Below, piece by piece: positions 50,986 to 61,426 of a stretch of DNA of 64,000 nucleotides (the first letter of the stretch is position 1; each line of letters opens with the position of its first letter). Where the stretch lies: positions 64,001-128,000 of the forward strand of contig CBDCNQ010000004.1 of NCBI GenBank assembly GCA_965219445.1, read 5' to 3'. The notes beneath the pieces are model-generated. The model did no database searches. It saw only the letters and a list, made by a program, of their open reading frames with translations, and had not been told where the DNA came from. This DNA comes from Longimicrobiales bacterium (GTDB lineage: Bacteria; Gemmatimonadota; Gemmatimonadetes; Longimicrobiales; Gaopeijiaceae). Made by a program: the position numbers and the translations under genes.

Positions 50986-53427
50986 ATGAAGCATCGCTCC
51001 CTGTATGTCGTTCTAGGCGTGGCGGCGATGGTCGCCTCTGGGTCAGATCCGGCGCGCGGGCAGGACCGCGAGGTCGTGGGCATCGGCGTCGTCGTTGACG
51101 GCCCGTGGGATCGAAACGACGAGATTCAAGATCGCTTCGAGCAAGAAATCATCGCGCTTCTTTCCGGCGATTTCGACGTACGGTTTCCTGACCAGGCACA
51201 GATCGACGGCGCCTGGACGATGGAGGGCGTGCGGAACGCGCTCGACAGGTTGCTCGAAGATCCGGATGTGGACCTGGTCCTCACCGTCGGCGTGCTCGGC
51301 TCGGTAGAGGCGGGACGTCGCGCGGTTCTCCTGAAGCCAGTCATCGCTCCCCTCGTCTGGAGCGCGAGACTGCAGGGGTTGCCCCTAACGGATAGCGGCA
51401 CGAGTGGCGTCACCAACTTGAACTACCTTGAACATCCCTCGTCATTCCCGAGGGACGTCGAGCTCTTCAGGGAGGTCGCACCGTTTCGGACGCTCGGCGT
51501 CCTGCGTGGTGAGGCGTACGTCTCGGGTGCTGCAGAGCTGTGGACGGGATTGGAGCAGGTCGCGGACAGCTTGGGGCAGGTCGCGGACAGCTTGGAGCTC
51601 GAGTTGGTGTCGGTCCCGGTATCGGCGTCGGCCGATTCGGCCCTCGCCGCGATTCCGCCGGACGTTGAGGCCGTGTATCTCTTCCCGTTGACCCAGCTCG
51701 ACCCGGGCCAGTTCGACGTGCTCGTCGAGGGCCTCATCGAACGGCGGCTGCCGAGCTTCTCGTTCTTGGGCGTCGAAGAGGTGGAGCGGGGCATCCTCCT
51801 CGGGCTCAGTCCCGAAACGTTCTGGGACCGGCTGGCGAGGAGAGTCGCCCTGAATGCTCAGCGAATCCTCCTCGGCGAGGACGCAGGGACTCTCTCCGTC
51901 GGCATTACATATGGCGAACGGATGACACTGAACATGCGGACGGCTGATGCGATCGGGATCTCGCCGTCGTGGGAGGTAGTCACCGAGGCCGATGCGATCG
52001 ACGACGCACCCGAAGAGGGGCCCCGGTTGACGCTTGCCGAAGCGGTACGTGGGGCGTTGGACGCCAACCTGGATTTGGAGGTCGAGGACCATGTGGTGGC
52101 CGCCGGCTCGAAAAACGTTGGATTGGCTCGTTCTCAACTCCTACCACAGCTCGACGTGTCCGCACTCACAACCTTCATCGACGCGGACCGAGCCGAGGCC
52201 AGCGTTGGCAGCCAGCCGCAGCGAGCCCTCGTTGGCGGCGTCACTGCGACGCAGCTCCTATTTTCCGAGCCAGCATGGGCGAGCCTGGCTATCCAAGATG
52301 ACGTGCAGCTCTCCCGGGAGGCTCAGCGGGATGCGCTCCGGCTCGACGTCATCTCCGAGGCGGCCACGGCGTACTTGAACGTGCTGCGCGCCAACACCTT
52401 CGAGCGGATCCAGCGGGAGAACCTCCGGCTCACACGCGCGAATCTCGAACGGGCTCGAGTCCGCCGGCTCATTGGGGTGGCGAGCCCGGCAGAAGAGTTC
52501 CGGTGGGAAAGCGAGATCGCACGGGGACGCAGCGCAACGATACAAGCGAACTCACACCGCAATGTCGTGGAGATCGCGCTCAACCAGGTGCGACATCGGC
52601 CGCTCGAGGAGCCGTTTTCGACGATGGAGGTGGGACTGGAGGATCCCTCCCTGCTCACGGCTGACACGCGCTTTTTCGACTACTTCGGCAATCGGGCCAT
52701 ATTCCGTGTTTTCCGCACTTTCATGACTCGTGAAGCCTTGGCCGCGGCACCCGAGCTCGAGGGCCTAATGGCGGCGATCGACGCACAGCGCCGCGTGCAA
52801 AGCTCCGCATCCAATAGCTTCTGGGCGCCCACCGTGGCGCTTCAGGCAAGCTTGACCGGCCGCCTGGCGGAGGGAGGAGCCGGGACGCAATTCAGCCCGC
52901 AGCTACCGCCGGGATCGCCCGATCTCTCCGGGTTGTTTCCCCAGGCCAACGACGTGAATCTGAGCCTGGGGCTCAATGTATCGTTGCCCGTCTTCTCGGG
53001 TGGAAGGCGCTTCTTGGAGCGCTCGCAGAGTTACGAAGAGGTCACCCGACTCGAGGTCCAGCAATCGGCAGTCGGCGAACGTGTCGAGCAGCGGATTCGT
53101 ACCGCTCTTCATTTCGCGGGCTCGAGCTACGCAGGCATCGGGCTTGCCCGCGAGGGAGCCGACGCCGCGCGCAACAACCTCGAGCTGGTGGGTGACGCGT
53201 ACGCGCAGGGCCTCGTTTCGATCATCGACCTTATCGATGCCCAAAACGCCTCGCTGGTAGCCGATCTCGGAGCCGCAACGGCGGTATACGATTTCCTCGT
53301 TGATTGGGTCGAAGCGGAGCGTGCCGTCGGGCGTTTCAGTCTTTTCATGACCGCCGCCGAAAAGGACGATTTCTTCGATCGGCTGGAGGCCTTTGTCGCC
53401 GCGAGCGGTGGCGACACGCAACGTTGA
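50986..53427 (+). CDS. TolC-family outer membrane efflux protein with N-terminal ABC substrate-binding-like domain
   Basis: Signal peptide; about 330-aa periplasmic-binding-type region (IGVVVDG..LPSFS..VERGILLG..LNMRTADAIG); then OEP repeats (LTLAEAV..ARSQLLPQL..YAQGLVSIIDLIDAQ). Confidence 0.85.
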   Translation: MKHRSLYVVLGVAAMVASGSDPARGQDREVVGIGVVVDGPWDRNDEIQDRFEQEIIALLSGDFDVRFPDQAQIDGAWTMEGVRNALDRLLEDPDVDLVLTVGVLGSVEAGRRAVLLKPVIAPLVWSARLQGLPLTDSGTSGVTNLNYLEHPSSFPRDVELFREVAPFRTLGVLRGEAYVSGAAELWTGLEQVADSLGQVADSLELELVSVPVSASADSALAAIPPDVEAVYLFPLTQLDPGQFDVLVEGLIERRLPSFSFLGVEEVERGILLGLSPETFWDRLARRVALNAQRILLGEDAGTLSVGITYGERMTLNMRTADAIGISPSWEVVTEADAIDDAPEEGPRLTLAEAVRGALDANLDLEVEDHVVAAGSKNVGLARSQLLPQLDVSALTTFIDADRAEASVGSQPQRALVGGVTATQLLFSEPAWASLAIQDDVQLSREAQRDALRLDVISEAATAYLNVLRANTFERIQRENLRLTRANLERARVRRLIGVASPAEEFRWESEIARGRSATIQANSHRNVVEIALNQVRHRPLEEPFSTMEVGLEDPSLLTADTRFFDYFGNRAIFRVFRTFMTREALAAAPELEGLMAAIDAQRRVQSSASNSFWAPTVALQASLTGRLAEGGAGTQFSPQLPPGSPDLSGLFPQANDVNLSLGLNVSLPVFSGGRRFLERSQSYEEVTRLEVQQSAVGERVEQRIRTALHFAGSSYAGIGLAREGADAARNNLELVGDAYAQGLVSIIDLIDAQNASLVADLGAATAVYDFLVDWVEAERAVGRFSLFMTAAEKDDFFDRLEAFVAASGGDTQR

Positions 53428-53449
53428 CCCGGACTGAGTGGGTAATGCT

Positions 53450-54562
53450 ATGAGACTACCAAACCGGTTGCTTCGGATCTGTGGGACCGCAGCTATGGTG
53501 CTGCCCGTCGGCTGTGGCGGTGATGCACCGACCGTCGAGGTCCTACGTCCCGTGCGGTACGCCCAGGTCTTCTCTACGGGTGGCACTCGCGAGCGCACCT
53601 TCTCGGGTACAGCCCAGGCGCGCGTCGAGTCGCGTTTGAGCTTCCGGGTTGCTGGGGCGATCCAGCAGATGCCGGTGGACGTGGGCGATGCGGTGGAGGT
53701 AGGGCAGCTCATTGCTGAGCTCGACCCGGCGGACTATCGGCTACAGCGCGAGGAGGCGGATGCCGCCGTTGACCGCGCCAGTGCAGAGGCGCGCAACGCC
53801 GAGGCCAACTTGGAGCGGGTTCGACAGCTCTACGAGAACGGCAACGCTTCCCTAAACGATCTGGATGCCGCGCGTTCTGGGTCCGAAACGGCGGCCGCGC
53901 AAGTGCAGGCCAGCGTGAACCGGCGGGACGGGGCGCGGCTGCAGTTGAGTTACACGCGGCTCGGCGCACCTGCAGAAGGTCGCATCTCTTCGGTCGACGT
54001 CGAGGTCAACGAGAATGTGAGGGCCGGTCAGATCGTTGCGGTGCTCACGTCGGAATCCGAGCTCGAGGTGCAGGTCGCCGTCCCCGAGGTGCTCATCTCG
54101 CTCGTCCGTGAGGGGGCCAACGTAAGCGTCACGTTCGATGCGCTGCCCGACCGCTCGTTTGTGGCGGTGGTAACCGAGGTGGGCGTTACCGCGGGTGGGT
54201 TGGCCACCACGTTCCCAGTCACTGTCCGACTCGACCGCACGGTGGAGGGGCTCAGACCTGGGATGGCGGCCGAGGTGCTGTTCCGATTCGAATCCACCGA
54301 CCGACGGGGGCGGGTGATTGTGCCTCTCGTGGCAGTCGGAGAAGATCGAGATGGCCGGTTCGTTTTCGTGGTTCAACGTTTCGACTCCATCACGGGTGTC
54401 GTGTTGCGGCGACCGGTGACTGTAGGTGAGCTCACGACGGACGAGGGCTTCGAGATCATCGAGGGACTCGTCGATGAGGAACTCGTTGTGACGGCCGGCG
54501 TCACCCGCATTAGGGACAGTATGCGGGTCAGTCTGCCCCTCCCCGCGGGAGAGGGATCATGA
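53450..54562 (+). CDS. RND efflux periplasmic adaptor (MFP) lipoprotein
   Basis: LPVGC lipobox, LSFRVAG, DVGDAVE.GQLIAELD, LRPGMAAEV. Confidence 0.93.
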   Translation: MRLPNRLLRICGTAAMVLPVGCGGDAPTVEVLRPVRYAQVFSTGGTRERTFSGTAQARVESRLSFRVAGAIQQMPVDVGDAVEVGQLIAELDPADYRLQREEADAAVDRASAEARNAEANLERVRQLYENGNASLNDLDAARSGSETAAAQVQASVNRRDGARLQLSYTRLGAPAEGRISSVDVEVNENVRAGQIVAVLTSESELEVQVAVPEVLISLVREGANVSVTFDALPDRSFVAVVTEVGVTAGGLATTFPVTVRLDRTVEGLRPGMAAEVLFRFESTDRRGRVIVPLVAVGEDRDGRFVFVVQRFDSITGVVLRRPVTVGELTTDEGFEIIEGLVDEELVVTAGVTRIRDSMRVSLPLPAGEGS

Positions 54563-57500
54563 ACGTCACCCGGGCAGCCATCGAGCGGAACCGCGTCACG
54601 ACCGCGCTGCTCATTCTGCTGCTGGTGAGCGGCGGATTCACCTACATGACCATGCCGAGGGCGGAGGATCCGGGTTTCGTCGTCCGCACGGCGGTCGTCA
54701 TTACGTTCTTCCCGGGCGCCAGCCCGGAGCGCGTCGAGCTGCTGGTCACCGACAAGATTGAGAAGGTGGTTCAAGAGATTCCCGAGCTGGACTACGTCAC
54801 CTCCCAATCGACGACGGGCACGTCGATCGTGTGGGCGGAGATCCAACCGAGCTACAAAGAGATGCGCCCGATCTGGGACGACCTCAGACGGAAAGTGGAA
54901 CGGGCGGCTCCTGATCTGCCGGAGGGTATCATCGGGCCGGTGGTGAACGACGAGTTTGGTGACGTCTTCGGAACCATCATCGCCATCACGGGCGATGACG
55001 AGGACTACTCCTACGCCGAGCTCAAGGATGTCGCCGACGATGTGCGCGACGAGCTGCTCAGTATCGGCGAAGTGGCCAAGGTCGAGATCTACGGTGCGCA
55101 AGAAGAGCGCGTGTTCGTCGAATACAACAACGCGCGATTGGCGGAGGTGGGCATTTCGCCGTTTCAGCTGCAGGCGATTCTCGAATCCCGCAACATCATC
55201 ATCCCGGGTGGCGCCATCACAACCAGCGCCGAGCGGATTGCACTTGAGCCTTCCGGTAATTTCGAAAGCGTGGACGACCTCCGGAGCAGCGTCATTCACC
55301 TGCCGGGAAGCAACGACGTCATCGCCCTGCAGGACATCGCCACGGTGCGCCGCGGCTATGTAGATCCACCGCAGACCATGACGAGGGCGTCCGGGCTCCC
55401 CGCGCTGGCGTTGGCGATCTCGCTGCGGGAAGGCGGCAACATCATCTCGCTGGGTGAACAGTTCATGCCGGTGTTCGAGCGTGTGAAGGCCTCGTATCCC
55501 ATCGGGATCGAGTTCGACCTCGTCGCCTACCAGCCGGACGTCGTCGACCGGAAGATCAACGAATTCGTACAGAATCTGCTCCAGGCCATCGGCGTGATCA
55601 TTTTGGTCATGCTGATCACGTTGGGAATTCGCACCGGCCTCGTCGTCTCGACACTGATCCCCATGACGATCCTGACCTCGCTTCTGATCATGCCGGTATT
55701 CGGCGTCGGGCTTCACCAGATGTCGCTGGCGGCGTTGATCATCGCCCTGGGCATCATGGTGGATAACGCCATCGTCATGTCCGAGTCGATCATGGTGCGA
55801 CTGGCTGAGGGTCGGAATCGCCTCGAGGCGGTCGTGGAGTCTGCCACGGAGCTCCGGATCCCGCTCCTTACCGCGTCGCTCACGACGGCAGCAGCGTTCC
55901 TGCCGATGTATCTCGCCGAATCGACGGCCGGGGAGTACGTGGGATCAATCTTCATCGTCATCACGATCACGCTGCTCAGCTCATGGGTGCTCTCTCTGAC
56001 GATGATTCCGATGTTCAGCTTCCTGTTCCTCAAGGTGAAGAAGGGGGAATCCGCAGACAGGTACGAATCGGGCGTCTACCGGCGATACCGAGGGTTGCTG
56101 GTGGCGGTGCTCAAACACCGCACGTTGAGTCTTGCCGGGACGGTCGGTTTGTTCGCGGTGGCGATGTTCATGTTTGGGTTCGTACCGAACATCTTCTTTC
56201 CCCCCTCCGACCGCCTGATGGTTCAGGGAGAGATCAAGCTTCCGGTGGGCACGCCCATCGAGCACACCGAACAAGTGGCTATAGAGGTGGAGCGCTTCAT
56301 TCAAGACTCGCTCATCGCGACGGCGGACCGCCCAGGAGGCGTCACCAACTGGGCCACCTTCGTGGGCGAAGGCGCGCCCAGGTATATGCTCCCGTACAAC
56401 CGCGAGTTGGCCAGTCCCGAGTACGCGTTCATGATGATCAACGTGAATGGGCTGTCGGCCATCCCAACGACGATCTCGCGTTTGGAGCAGTTTGCGCAGC
56501 GAACGCTTCCGGATGCGATAACGAAGTTCGCAGCTCCACCCCTCGGTCCACCTGTGAACTCACCCATCGAGGTTCGGATTTCGGGACGGGATACGGATGT
56601 GCTCTTCGGGCTCGTGGATCAGGTCAAAGCGCAGCTGGCCAGCGTCGGCGGCACTCGGAACATCACCGATGATTGGGGACAACGCACCAAGAAGCTGCTG
56701 GTAAACGTCAACGAGCCGCGTGCGCGGCGTGCGGGTGTCTCGAGTCGTGATGTTGCCGTGTCCCTTCAGACAGCGTTTTCCGGCTTCCCCACCACCCAGT
56801 ATCGGGAAGAAGACAAGATCATCCCAGTTACTCTTCGCTCGGTGGAAGCAGATCGGAACGATCTGGGGAAGATCGAGAGCCTGAACGTCTATGCCCAAGC
56901 GACCGGCCGGACCGTGCCCCTGAAGCAGGTTGCCGACGTCGAGGTGGTGTGGCAACCGTCCAAGATCCTGCGGCGGGATCGCTTTAGGACGGTGGCGGTG
57001 CTGGCGGACGTAGAGCGTGGCGTAACCGCCGCCGAGGTGAACGCCCAACTCGTGCCGTGGCTCCAGGACGAGAGCGCGGAATGGGCTCTGGGGTACCGCT
57101 ACGAGATCGGCGGTGAAGCGGAAGAAGCCCGCACGTCACAGGCCTCGATCAATGTGAAAATGCCCATCATGATGCTCATCATCGTGCTCCTGCTGGTCGC
57201 CCAATTCAACTCATTCCGACGGCCGTTGATCATCCTGCTCACGATTCCGCTCGGACTGATCGGCGTGGTATTCGGATTACTCGTGACCCGCTCGTACTTC
57301 GGGTTCATGACCCTTCTTGGGGTCTTTGCGCTTGCAGGCATCGTGATCAACAACGCCATAGTGCTCATCGATCGTATTCGGATCGAGATCGACGAAAACG
57401 GCCTCCATCCCGCACGCGCCGTGATCGAAGCGGCGCAACGCCGACTGCGACCGATTCTGTTGACGACGGCGACCACAGCGGCGGGGTTGCTTCCGCTCTG

Positions 57501-57669
57501 GTATGGAGGTGGACCCATGTGGAAGCCCATGGCCATCGCGATCATCTTCGGGCTCTTGTTCGCCACCGTGCTAACGTTGGGCTTCGTGCCGCTGCTCTAC
57601 TCTCTTTTCTTTCGTGTGAGCTTCAAGGGATTCGCGTACGATGCGGTGGAGGCGTCGGACGCACACTGA
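54559..57669 (+). CDS. RND efflux permease (AcrB/AcrD/AcrF family)
   Basis: 1036 aa, FPGASPERVE, IALGIMVDNAIV, RRLRPILLTT. Confidence 0.95.
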   Translation: MNVTRAAIERNRVTTALLILLLVSGGFTYMTMPRAEDPGFVVRTAVVITFFPGASPERVELLVTDKIEKVVQEIPELDYVTSQSTTGTSIVWAEIQPSYKEMRPIWDDLRRKVERAAPDLPEGIIGPVVNDEFGDVFGTIIAITGDDEDYSYAELKDVADDVRDELLSIGEVAKVEIYGAQEERVFVEYNNARLAEVGISPFQLQAILESRNIIIPGGAITTSAERIALEPSGNFESVDDLRSSVIHLPGSNDVIALQDIATVRRGYVDPPQTMTRASGLPALALAISLREGGNIISLGEQFMPVFERVKASYPIGIEFDLVAYQPDVVDRKINEFVQNLLQAIGVIILVMLITLGIRTGLVVSTLIPMTILTSLLIMPVFGVGLHQMSLAALIIALGIMVDNAIVMSESIMVRLAEGRNRLEAVVESATELRIPLLTASLTTAAAFLPMYLAESTAGEYVGSIFIVITITLLSSWVLSLTMIPMFSFLFLKVKKGESADRYESGVYRRYRGLLVAVLKHRTLSLAGTVGLFAVAMFMFGFVPNIFFPPSDRLMVQGEIKLPVGTPIEHTEQVAIEVERFIQDSLIATADRPGGVTNWATFVGEGAPRYMLPYNRELASPEYAFMMINVNGLSAIPTTISRLEQFAQRTLPDAITKFAAPPLGPPVNSPIEVRISGRDTDVLFGLVDQVKAQLASVGGTRNITDDWGQRTKKLLVNVNEPRARRAGVSSRDVAVSLQTAFSGFPTTQYREEDKIIPVTLRSVEADRNDLGKIESLNVYAQATGRTVPLKQVADVEVVWQPSKILRRDRFRTVAVLADVERGVTAAEVNAQLVPWLQDESAEWALGYRYEIGGEAEEARTSQASINVKMPIMMLIIVLLLVAQFNSFRRPLIILLTIPLGLIGVVFGLLVTRSYFGFMTLLGVFALAGIVINNAIVLIDRIRIEIDENGLHPARAVIEAAQRRLRPILLTTATTAAGLLPLWYGGGPMWKPMAIAIIFGLLFATVLTLGFVPLLYSLFFRVSFKGFAYDAVEASDAH

Positions 57670-57762
57670 CGTGAGACGGTCGCGGGGGAAGTCTTGGTCC
57701 CTTGGCGACGATGGCGAGTTACCGTGCAAGGGAGTTTCGTGAGCTAGGAAGGAGTCAATCGC

Positions 57763-58647
57763 ATGGCCGACGACACGAAAATCTCAGCGACGTTCCCGTT
57801 CGAGTCGAAGTTCATCGAGGTCGAGGGATCGAAGATCCACTACGTCGAGGAGGGGACTGGCGACCCGATCCTCTTCCTCCACGGCAACCCGACATCGTCC
57901 TACCTCTGGCGAAATATCATCCCGTACGCAGCCGAGATAGGCCGGGCGATCGCGCCGGATTTGATCGGGATGGGGAAGTCGGACAAGCCGGACATCGAGT
58001 ACCGCTTCTTTGACCACGTGCGGTACATCGAAGGCTTCATCGAGGCGCTCGGCCTCCAAAGCATCACGCTTGTCATCCACGACTGGGGATCGGGCCTCGG
58101 CTTCCACTACGCGAGTCGACACGAGGGCAACACGAAGGGCGTCGCCTTCATGGAGGCGATCCTGCCGATACCGAGCTGGGACGCTTTCCCGGAGGCAGGC
58201 CGGGACATGTTCAAGTCGTTTCGCACGAAGGACGTCGGCGAGGACTTGCTGATGAACAAGAACATGTTTGTCGAGAACGTGCTGCCCGCCTTCGTGGTAC
58301 GGCCGCTGACCGACGAGGAGATGGACTACTACCGAGAGCCGTACAAGGAAGAGGCCTCGCGCAAGCCGGTCTGGCGCTGGCCCAATGAGTTACCAATCGA
58401 GGGCGAGCCGCCCGACGTCTGGGAAGCGGCGGAGGCGTATCACGAATGGCTCCAGCGGACCGAGCTGTCGAAGATCCTGTTTCACGCCACGCCTGGCGCG
58501 CTCATGTCGGCAACGTTGGTGGAATCGTTAACATCGACGCTGAAGAACCTGAAGACGGTGAACATTGGCCCGGGCACGCATTTCGTGCAGGAGGACAACC
58601 CGCACAAGATCGGCCGGGAGCTGGCCAAGTGGTATCAAGGCCTGTAG
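57763..58647 (+). CDS. dhaA: Haloalkane dehalogenase (DhaA-like)
   Basis: LHGNPTSSYLWRNIIP, APDLIGMGKSDKP, nucleophile IHDWGS, FMEA, WRWPNELPI, HFVQED. Confidence 0.9.
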   Translation: MADDTKISATFPFESKFIEVEGSKIHYVEEGTGDPILFLHGNPTSSYLWRNIIPYAAEIGRAIAPDLIGMGKSDKPDIEYRFFDHVRYIEGFIEALGLQSITLVIHDWGSGLGFHYASRHEGNTKGVAFMEAILPIPSWDAFPEAGRDMFKSFRTKDVGEDLLMNKNMFVENVLPAFVVRPLTDEEMDYYREPYKEEASRKPVWRWPNELPIEGEPPDVWEAAEAYHEWLQRTELSKILFHATPGALMSATLVESLTSTLKNLKTVNIGPGTHFVQEDNPHKIGRELAKWYQGL

Positions 58648-58675
58648 AGCAGCTACATCTTCACGGAGGACTACC

Positions 58676-59218
58676 ATGGCTGACGTGCTAACCCTTGTCG
58701 ATCGCAACCTCGAGTTCGCCGGCAGCTTCGACCAGGGGGACTTGGCCATCCTGCCCCGCCTGTCGACACTGGTCCTGACCTGTCTCGACTCCCGAGTCGA
58801 CCCGGCGCACTTTTTCGGTCTCGAGTTGGGCGATGCCGTCGTGATGCGTAACATCGGTGGGCGAGTTACCGACGAGGTCATCGAGCACATCGCGATTCTC
58901 CGGGCGCTGGCCGGGCTCGTCGGGGGCGGTGCCCTCGAGGTGGCGATCGTCCATCACACCGATTGTGGGGCCAGCCGCTTCGCCAACCCTGAGGTTAGAC
59001 AGAGGTTGGGCCAAGCCGCCGGAACCGCCGAGGCAGCGATCGAGAGGCTTGCCATCGCCGACCCGCACACCAGCGTAGCCGAGGACCTCGACCGGCTCCG
59101 GGCGGCGCCGATCCTACCGGACGACCTCGTCGTTGCTGGCTACGTCTATGACGTCACCGACGGGCACCTGCACGAGGCCTCCGGGCCGGGCTCGCTGCGC
59201 GAAGGGGCACGATCATGA
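58676..59218 (+). CDS. Beta-class carbonic anhydrase family protein
   Basis: Zinc motifs CLDSR and HHTDCG, RNIGGRV, GYVYDVTDG; GGAGG RBS before ATG 58676. Confidence 0.88.
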   Translation: MADVLTLVDRNLEFAGSFDQGDLAILPRLSTLVLTCLDSRVDPAHFFGLELGDAVVMRNIGGRVTDEVIEHIAILRALAGLVGGGALEVAIVHHTDCGASRFANPEVRQRLGQAAGTAEAAIERLAIADPHTSVAEDLDRLRAAPILPDDLVVAGYVYDVTDGHLHEASGPGSLREGARS

Positions 59219-59269
59219 AGGCCACGACGGGCCGCGTTTCTCCGAAGGGGGCCCGCCGGCCCGTCTCTC

Positions 59270-59781
59270 TTAGTCGGCCCCGACCGCTTCGTACGCGTCT
59301 CCGGACTGTTCGATCGCCTCAACGGCTTCCTCCGTTGTGACCACCGCATTAGCGATGAACTTGAAGTTGGTTATCGCAGCAGCATAGCCATCGCCCAGAT
59401 CGGGCGTGATCGCAGCGGCGGTGGCGTCCCTCACGACCATCACTTCGAACCCCTGCTCCAAGAGCTCCCGCAGGTGGGACTCGACACACAGGTTGGCCGA
59501 CATGCCGCATAGGACCAGCCTTCCGATGCCGCGCTTGCGGAGCTGCAGGATCAGGTCGTTGTTCTCTGGCCCATAGACCTTGTGGGGACTCGCCACAACG
59601 GTTTGGCCGTCGTTGATGTAGGGTTTGTAGACCTCCAGCCAGTCGGCCCCCGAGCCGTCGAAGTCCCGTTCTCGGTCACGCTCTGGCCGACGATGTCCCA
59701 GGTCGCCCCTTCGGGACTCAGAAAGTCGTTCTGGGGATCCGTGATCAGCAGTGCCGTGTCTTGTGGGTTGATCTCAATCAT
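59270..59781 (-). pseudogene. Isochorismatase/cysteine hydrolase gene with frameshift and probable internal deletion
   Basis: 5' part TALLITDPQNDFLS..SVTENG and 3' part FDGSGADW..PHKVYG..GMSANLCVESH lie in different frames and join near 59662. Confidence 0.78.
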
Positions 59782-59983
59782 TGTCCACCTCCTGTCCGGT
59801 TTGACTGCGTCGTTGGCGTCCCCAGCCCGTAAGAATGACACCTAGAGGGAAGGACCGTGATCCTCGATCGTCCCCCCACCTCTCGCCATTATCATAAGCC
59901 TCACGGTCGCCAGCGCCATATTTGCATCGCGCCCCGGAGTCGCACGCTGACCGAGTTGCCTACGCAGCCAGCGTGCAGTTCCT

Positions 59984-61390
59984 TCAGCTGGGTTCGGGAG
60001 AGCTTCTGCTGACGGGTAATCGTACGCACATGACCGTCTCCCCGGGTTTCGACTTGACCTCGATGTGACCCTGGTGGGTCCCCACGATTCGCATCGCGAT
60101 CCCAAGGCCGAGTCCGGTGCCGACGCCGACCTCCTTGGTCGTAAAGAATGGCTCGAAGACATGGGAGCGGATCTCCTCCGGAATACCCGGCCCGTCATCG
60201 ACGACCTCGACCTCGACCCAAAGATCCTTGAGCCTCGTCTCGAGGATAAGCTCGCCACCCTCGTCCATCGCGTCGATCGCGTTGTCGATGATGTTGGTCC
60301 ATACCTGGTTGAGCTCGCCGGCGTTGGCCGGTACTAGGGGTAAGTCCTCTTGGTATTCGCGTACCAACCGGATCGACTTCTCTTTGAGCTTGTGGCTGAG
60401 CATCTGGATCGTGTTATCGAGGCCCAGACGCACGTCGGTGGGCTTGTGCTCATGGGACCGGTCCATGTGGGAGTAAGTCTTGATGGATGCGACCAGGTCG
60501 GAGATGCGTCCGGCAGCCGCCTTGATCTCCTCCACGATCCGGTCGGAATCGATTCCCCCACTCAACCACGCAAACACATCCGGTAGCGCCGCTTCGGGCA
60601 CGTCGCTGGCTACGTCCTCGAGGTCTCCGAGGCTCAGATTCGCCTCGCTGAAGGTCGCGGCCACCTCCCAGGGTTCGGCCACGCCGCGATCCTCCAACCA
60701 TGCGAGCATATCGTCCTCGCGCTCGCTGCGCTCGAGCGCCGTGGCCGTGGATACCTCACTCTGCCTGCCCAGGCTCCGAAGCTGCTCAAGCTTCACCAAT
60801 CCCTGCTCATTCACGTGGTGGCGCACGAGCGCGGTCACGAGCGCGGGAAGCTTCGCCCGGTGCTCGGAGAGCATGGAGGCCGCCCGGCGGACCGCCGCCG
60901 CCGGATTGTTCAGCTCGTGCGCAAGGCCGGCCGACAATCGCCCCAGGGCTATCATCTTTTCGCCCTGCTGTTCTAGCCGCACGTCGCCACGCACTCGATC
61001 CGACATCTGGGCCACGAGCCTACGGCCGAGCTCTGGGCTGACATCGAGCAACTGCTTGAACAGCGACGCCTCGAGTCGAAGAACCTCAGTGGGCTCCGCG
61101 GAGACCGTGTGCCGAGGATAGTGGGTCATCCTCGAGAACGGGAGCATGCCCGTTACCTTCCCTCTGACGGTGGTCGCCACGAGCAGCCACTGGCCTCCGA
61201 TCTCCTCGAAGCCCTGGATCACTCCTTTGACCACGATCCAGAGCGCGTCCGCAGGCTGACCACGATCGAACATGCGATCCCCGGACCCGAGCGTAATCCT
61301 CTCACCGTGCTCGCAGAGCCAATCCAGCTCCTCATCAGAGAGGCCCTCGAGAATGGTCAGCGGCCGTAACTCGTCCCTGATGAACTTCAT
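59984..61390 (-). CDS. Soluble sensor histidine kinase with N-terminal cNMP-binding domain
   Basis: cNMP-like [20 protein letters not shown]-box [36 protein letters not shown]. Confidence 0.92.
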   Translation of the reverse strand: MKFIRDELRPLTILEGLSDEELDWLCEHGERITLGSGDRMFDRGQPADALWIVVKGVIQGFEEIGGQWLLVATTVRGKVTGMLPFSRMTHYPRHTVSAEPTEVLRLEASLFKQLLDVSPELGRRLVAQMSDRVRGDVRLEQQGEKMIALGRLSAGLAHELNNPAAAVRRAASMLSEHRAKLPALVTALVRHHVNEQGLVKLEQLRSLGRQSEVSTATALERSEREDDMLAWLEDRGVAEPWEVAATFSEANLSLGDLEDVASDVPEAALPDVFAWLSGGIDSDRIVEEIKAAAGRISDLVASIKTYSHMDRSHEHKPTDVRLGLDNTIQMLSHKLKEKSIRLVREYQEDLPLVPANAGELNQVWTNIIDNAIDAMDEGGELILETRLKDLWVEVEVVDDGPGIPEEIRSHVFEPFFTTKEVGVGTGLGLGIAMRIVGTHQGHIEVKSKPGETVMCVRLPVSRSSPEPS

Positions 61391-61426
61391 GCTCGTGGCG
61401 TTGAGCGCATCGCACTTAAGCGGGGT

